Assembly (NCBI GenBank): GCA_965645245.1
Contig: OZ287070.1
Location: forward strand, 2,294,001-2,358,000
Length of the DNA stretch: 64,000 nt
Source: Massalongia carnosa
Taxonomy: Eukaryota
Reading direction: 5' to 3'
Shown piece by piece: positions 60,792 through 64,000 of this stretch. The notes under the pieces are model-generated. The model had not been told where the DNA came from, made no database searches, and saw nothing but the letters and a program-made list of their open reading frames with translations. The number at the start of each line of letters is the position of its first letter. Position 1 is the stretch's first letter. The position numbers and the translations under genes are program-made.

Positions 60792-63700
60792 ATGTCTCAA
60801 ATGCAAACATTCTCGTTTGCGCCCCCGAATATAGGGCTTGGTGAGAACAAAAAAAGTATTTCCCTGTGGATACTATGGAATGGACGGAATCATATGAGCG
60901 CTAACTCCTTCCCTAGATTATGTTTTCGTTGACGAGTATAATCGTCACAAAAGATTGAAGGGTATGAATAGCAGTGCACTTGACCCTTCAGTGCTCCACT
61001 TCTGACTGTTTTCGTAGTGATGAGAGCTTGCGAAGGATGCAGAAAACGGAAGATCAAATGCGATGCTGCTACGACCAACGCATGGCCTTGCGCTGCATGC
61101 GTCAGACTCAAACTGCATTGTGTTCCTCCTACTGTCAACTACGACCGTACCCATAGCTCTGGTGGTCAACTATCCGGACTTGAAAGGGTCCTGGATTTTG
61201 ACAATTCCAGTGGCAGCGGTGATGAAGACTATTATCATCATACAAGCGCACCTCAAGTTTTTGAATTGAGCACACCTCATGGATCGATGCATCCTCACCA
61301 ACCATCTTATGGAGAAAGGCCTGGGATTTTCCATACTCCGCCATATTCCGAAAGAGCTCTTAGCCATCACGATTTTTCGTATGATGATGTTTCTGCGATC
61401 CCGATGCAGGTGCCGGAGGCCGTTTTCGAAGATTCCAACCCTTTCAGCACTTCGCATGGAAATTCGCTAGCCTCCCCAGGCCTAAGTCCGGATTGGACTG
61501 GCGAACAATATTCTGTAGCAGGATTAAGCTCCATTTTGGGAGAGCTCAGAATTGATGAGGATGGTGTTGGTAGGCGAGGTGGAAAAAGACGGCTCCAACG
61601 GAGTCTTGTTGACGTGTACTGACTTCTCCGTAGCGCCTTATATCTCACAACAGAAAAAGAGTCTTGCTGAAGCTCCTGCTTTGGAAGAGTTCGAGGTAAA
61701 ACTGCCGTCCACAGCCACAGGGTCGGGGTCTACAGTCCGGATTCCTCCGGAACTGATGCCGTCGGAAGAACAATGCATGAACTGGTTTGAAATATTCTTT
61801 ATGCATATACATCCTTATGTACCGGTTATAAGTAAGCCCTACTTTTATCAACAGTGGCGTACAAATCGGAGATCGATATCCCCATTGATTCTGGAGGCAA
61901 TCTTTGCTTGTGCGGGCAGAATGTCGGATGATCCCGCTCAGGGAGCACAATGGTTGGCCCTTGCATCGAGTAGGCCAAAGACCTTAAGGTTTTAAGCAAC
62001 GAGGGGCTGACTATTGCCAGAGCACGAAGATTGTTTCATGGATGTTCCTCGGCTGAGCACCATCCAAGCTTTACTGTTGCTGCTCAAAGCTCGCGAGGCT
62101 GCACCGAAACGCGGTTACTATTATCGATCTTGGATGACCGTCAAGACCCTTGTCACAATGGCCAAAGATCTCGAGCTTCACGAGCATTTTGCCGATCATC
62201 AGAACGGTCAGGAGTGTGGTGCCGATTTGACGGAGTGCCTTATCAAGACTCGGATCTGGCAAAGTGTTTTCATCCATGAGATCATGATTGGTGGTCCGCA
62301 AGGTATGCCAGCACTATCACGCCAATGGGGGAAACCCGTAATGTAACGGTATTTTTAGGGCGATATGATATGGAAGTCGATCTGGAGACTGTGGACGTCA
62401 GTATTCCAAGACTCCTGCCTGGGATCGATCGATCCGATTACCAATTGTCCAGACAATATACGTACTTTACGCAGATGGTACGCAATGTGCGTAGTCTTAA
62501 CCATCTCTACAGTAAAGTCAAAAAGCAAAAAGACTGGGGTTCAGATCCTCAGTTTACCAATCTGAACCCACTCGTCGAGAAATGGCTAGACGATCTCCCT
62601 CAGGACCTTCAAGTCACGATCCCGGAAAGTAAGACGCCGCCGTGGCTTCCAAACCACTTTATAGGAAACCTGCACTCCTACCACCACCTCATTGTGATTA
62701 TGCTTCATCGGCCGCAGTTGATGAGTTCAAGCTCGTTCTCCGCCGGCGGAAGCTGGAAAAGACACATGGCTCTTTCCTATGCATCTGCCAAAGCTATGTG
62801 CAAGGTTCAAGAAGGCGTTCTTCAATTGTTCGGCCTGCCCGGGCTGATGTGCATGTTGCGCGGTATAAACTTTGTCATCTATGCCATCCTTACATGTATC
62901 ATGATTCATCTGGTAAGCTCGGATTTCCATAGGCTCACTCCTTTGCTCACTTACCGCTAGCTTGCGATCACCTCACCGGACCCTGAATTCCACACCGACG
63001 CCAAGGACTATTTTACGCGCCACATGCGTATTCTTGAAAAATGCACGGGTGCTTGGCCTATGCCGGAGATACAAACGCAGATTGATGCTTTACGAGAGGC
63101 TTTCTCCGCCGATCCTAGCAGGGCCTTTGAATTAAAACCAAGCTTTCCTTATGGAAGTCCTGGTACGAACATGCAGTCGAGTCCTCCTATGGACGGAAAT
63201 CACCAACGCGAAACCCTTCGCCGCCAAGCATCCCATGACCAAGCAGCCCAGGCGCAATATCATCCCCCGCCTCTGACTCCGCCTATATCTGGGGAGCATG
63301 ACGATCAGGACGGGTCTATAGCTGCGACCTCGTTGGATATGTTATCGAATGGTCAACACCAGCCGATATCAATGTCATCTGCTTCTATTGAAACTGACCA
63401 AGCAGCGTGGAACCCAACAAGGATTTTTGAGTATAGATCTGATAAGCACCAACACAAGGTAAAGTCAAATACTAACAATTTTGATAGTCAATGGAACACC
63501 GCCTTTGGAACTCCAGGGAGCATGATTGGTGCGGGCAATAATGGGACGGCTCAGCCATCCCCTCCATTGTACACGCCAACCTCGATTGGAGCTCCTGACA
63601 TACCCCCTTTGCACAATGTTATGCAGCCACAACAACAACAATATTCCGCACCTTCAAGCATAACGCCTTTATCTCAGAACCAGCCACTCACAACGCAATC

Positions 63701-63851
63701 ATGTTACCCTAGCATTGCTCAATCATTCGTAACCCCCAGCATGTGGCGAGACACTGTTGCGAGCACCTTCGATTCTGGAGGACAAAAACGACGTTGGGAT
63801 ATGGAGTCATCTTACCTCATAGACCCTGTCCAATCTAAACGATTGAGATGA
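60792..63851 (+). CDS. Zn2Cys6 transcription factor with fungal-specific TF domain (possibly McrA-like), multi-exon
   Basis: MSQMQTFSFAPPNIGL|DYVFVDEYNRHKRLK|VMRACEGCRKRKIKCDAATTNAWPCAACVRLKLHC; FF.HIHPYVPVI, STIQALLLL, AKDLELH, RIWQ, IMLHRP. Confidence 0.92.
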
Positions 63852-64000
63852 ATAAAGGGAATTCAACCCAAGGCAGTGTCCAAAAACCAGCAGGTCTAAC
63901 CGCGCCAAGAGAGTTGCTTGGCTCATGTTATCATCTAGAGGACACAATGCTTGACTGGTATCGCTCTTGTACCAGCTGCAAAGATTGCATCACAATTGGC

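Noticed and set aside
1..64000. tRNA, rRNA, snRNA genes and a secondary-metabolite cluster
   Set aside because: No such RNA signatures or PKS/NRPS/terpene synthase motifs recognised by eye; a covariance-model scan is needed to exclude small RNAs.

Overview
Eukaryotic DNA from a filamentous ascomycete (Pezizomycotina-type short GT-AG introns with CTRAC branch points). About 11-64 kb is a dense run of conserved housekeeping genes: TFIIS, TAF2, SAS4, a PX protein, a GPI-type protein, CDC26, mitochondrial RRF, SSB-type Hsp70, a tandem-bromodomain protein, CKS1, a thioredoxin-fold protein, DUF3807, DUF1295, RPP1, CK2 alpha, ValRS, NDUFAF7, GT90, CIA2 and a Zn2Cys6 factor. The first ~11 kb looks accessory. 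It holds a DUF4396 gene convergent with a CrpA-type copper P1B-ATPase and a 481-bp CAC...GTG TIR element with a 5-bp target duplication (Transib/CMC-like architecture) upstream of the pump. It also holds a pseudogene with RIP-like stops, interrupted by a 5'-truncated Tad1-like LINE with an intact 11-bp TSD. Other leads: a possible non-AUG mitochondrial isoform of ValRS, a candidate intronic ncRNA upstream of TFIIS, recurrent C-rich to G-rich skew flips near gene 3' ends, and an over-represented intergenic TACRGAGTA motif. I cannot demonstrate a wholly new multi-gene system from sequence alone. Family names are from motif recognition, not database searches, and exon borders were read by eye.
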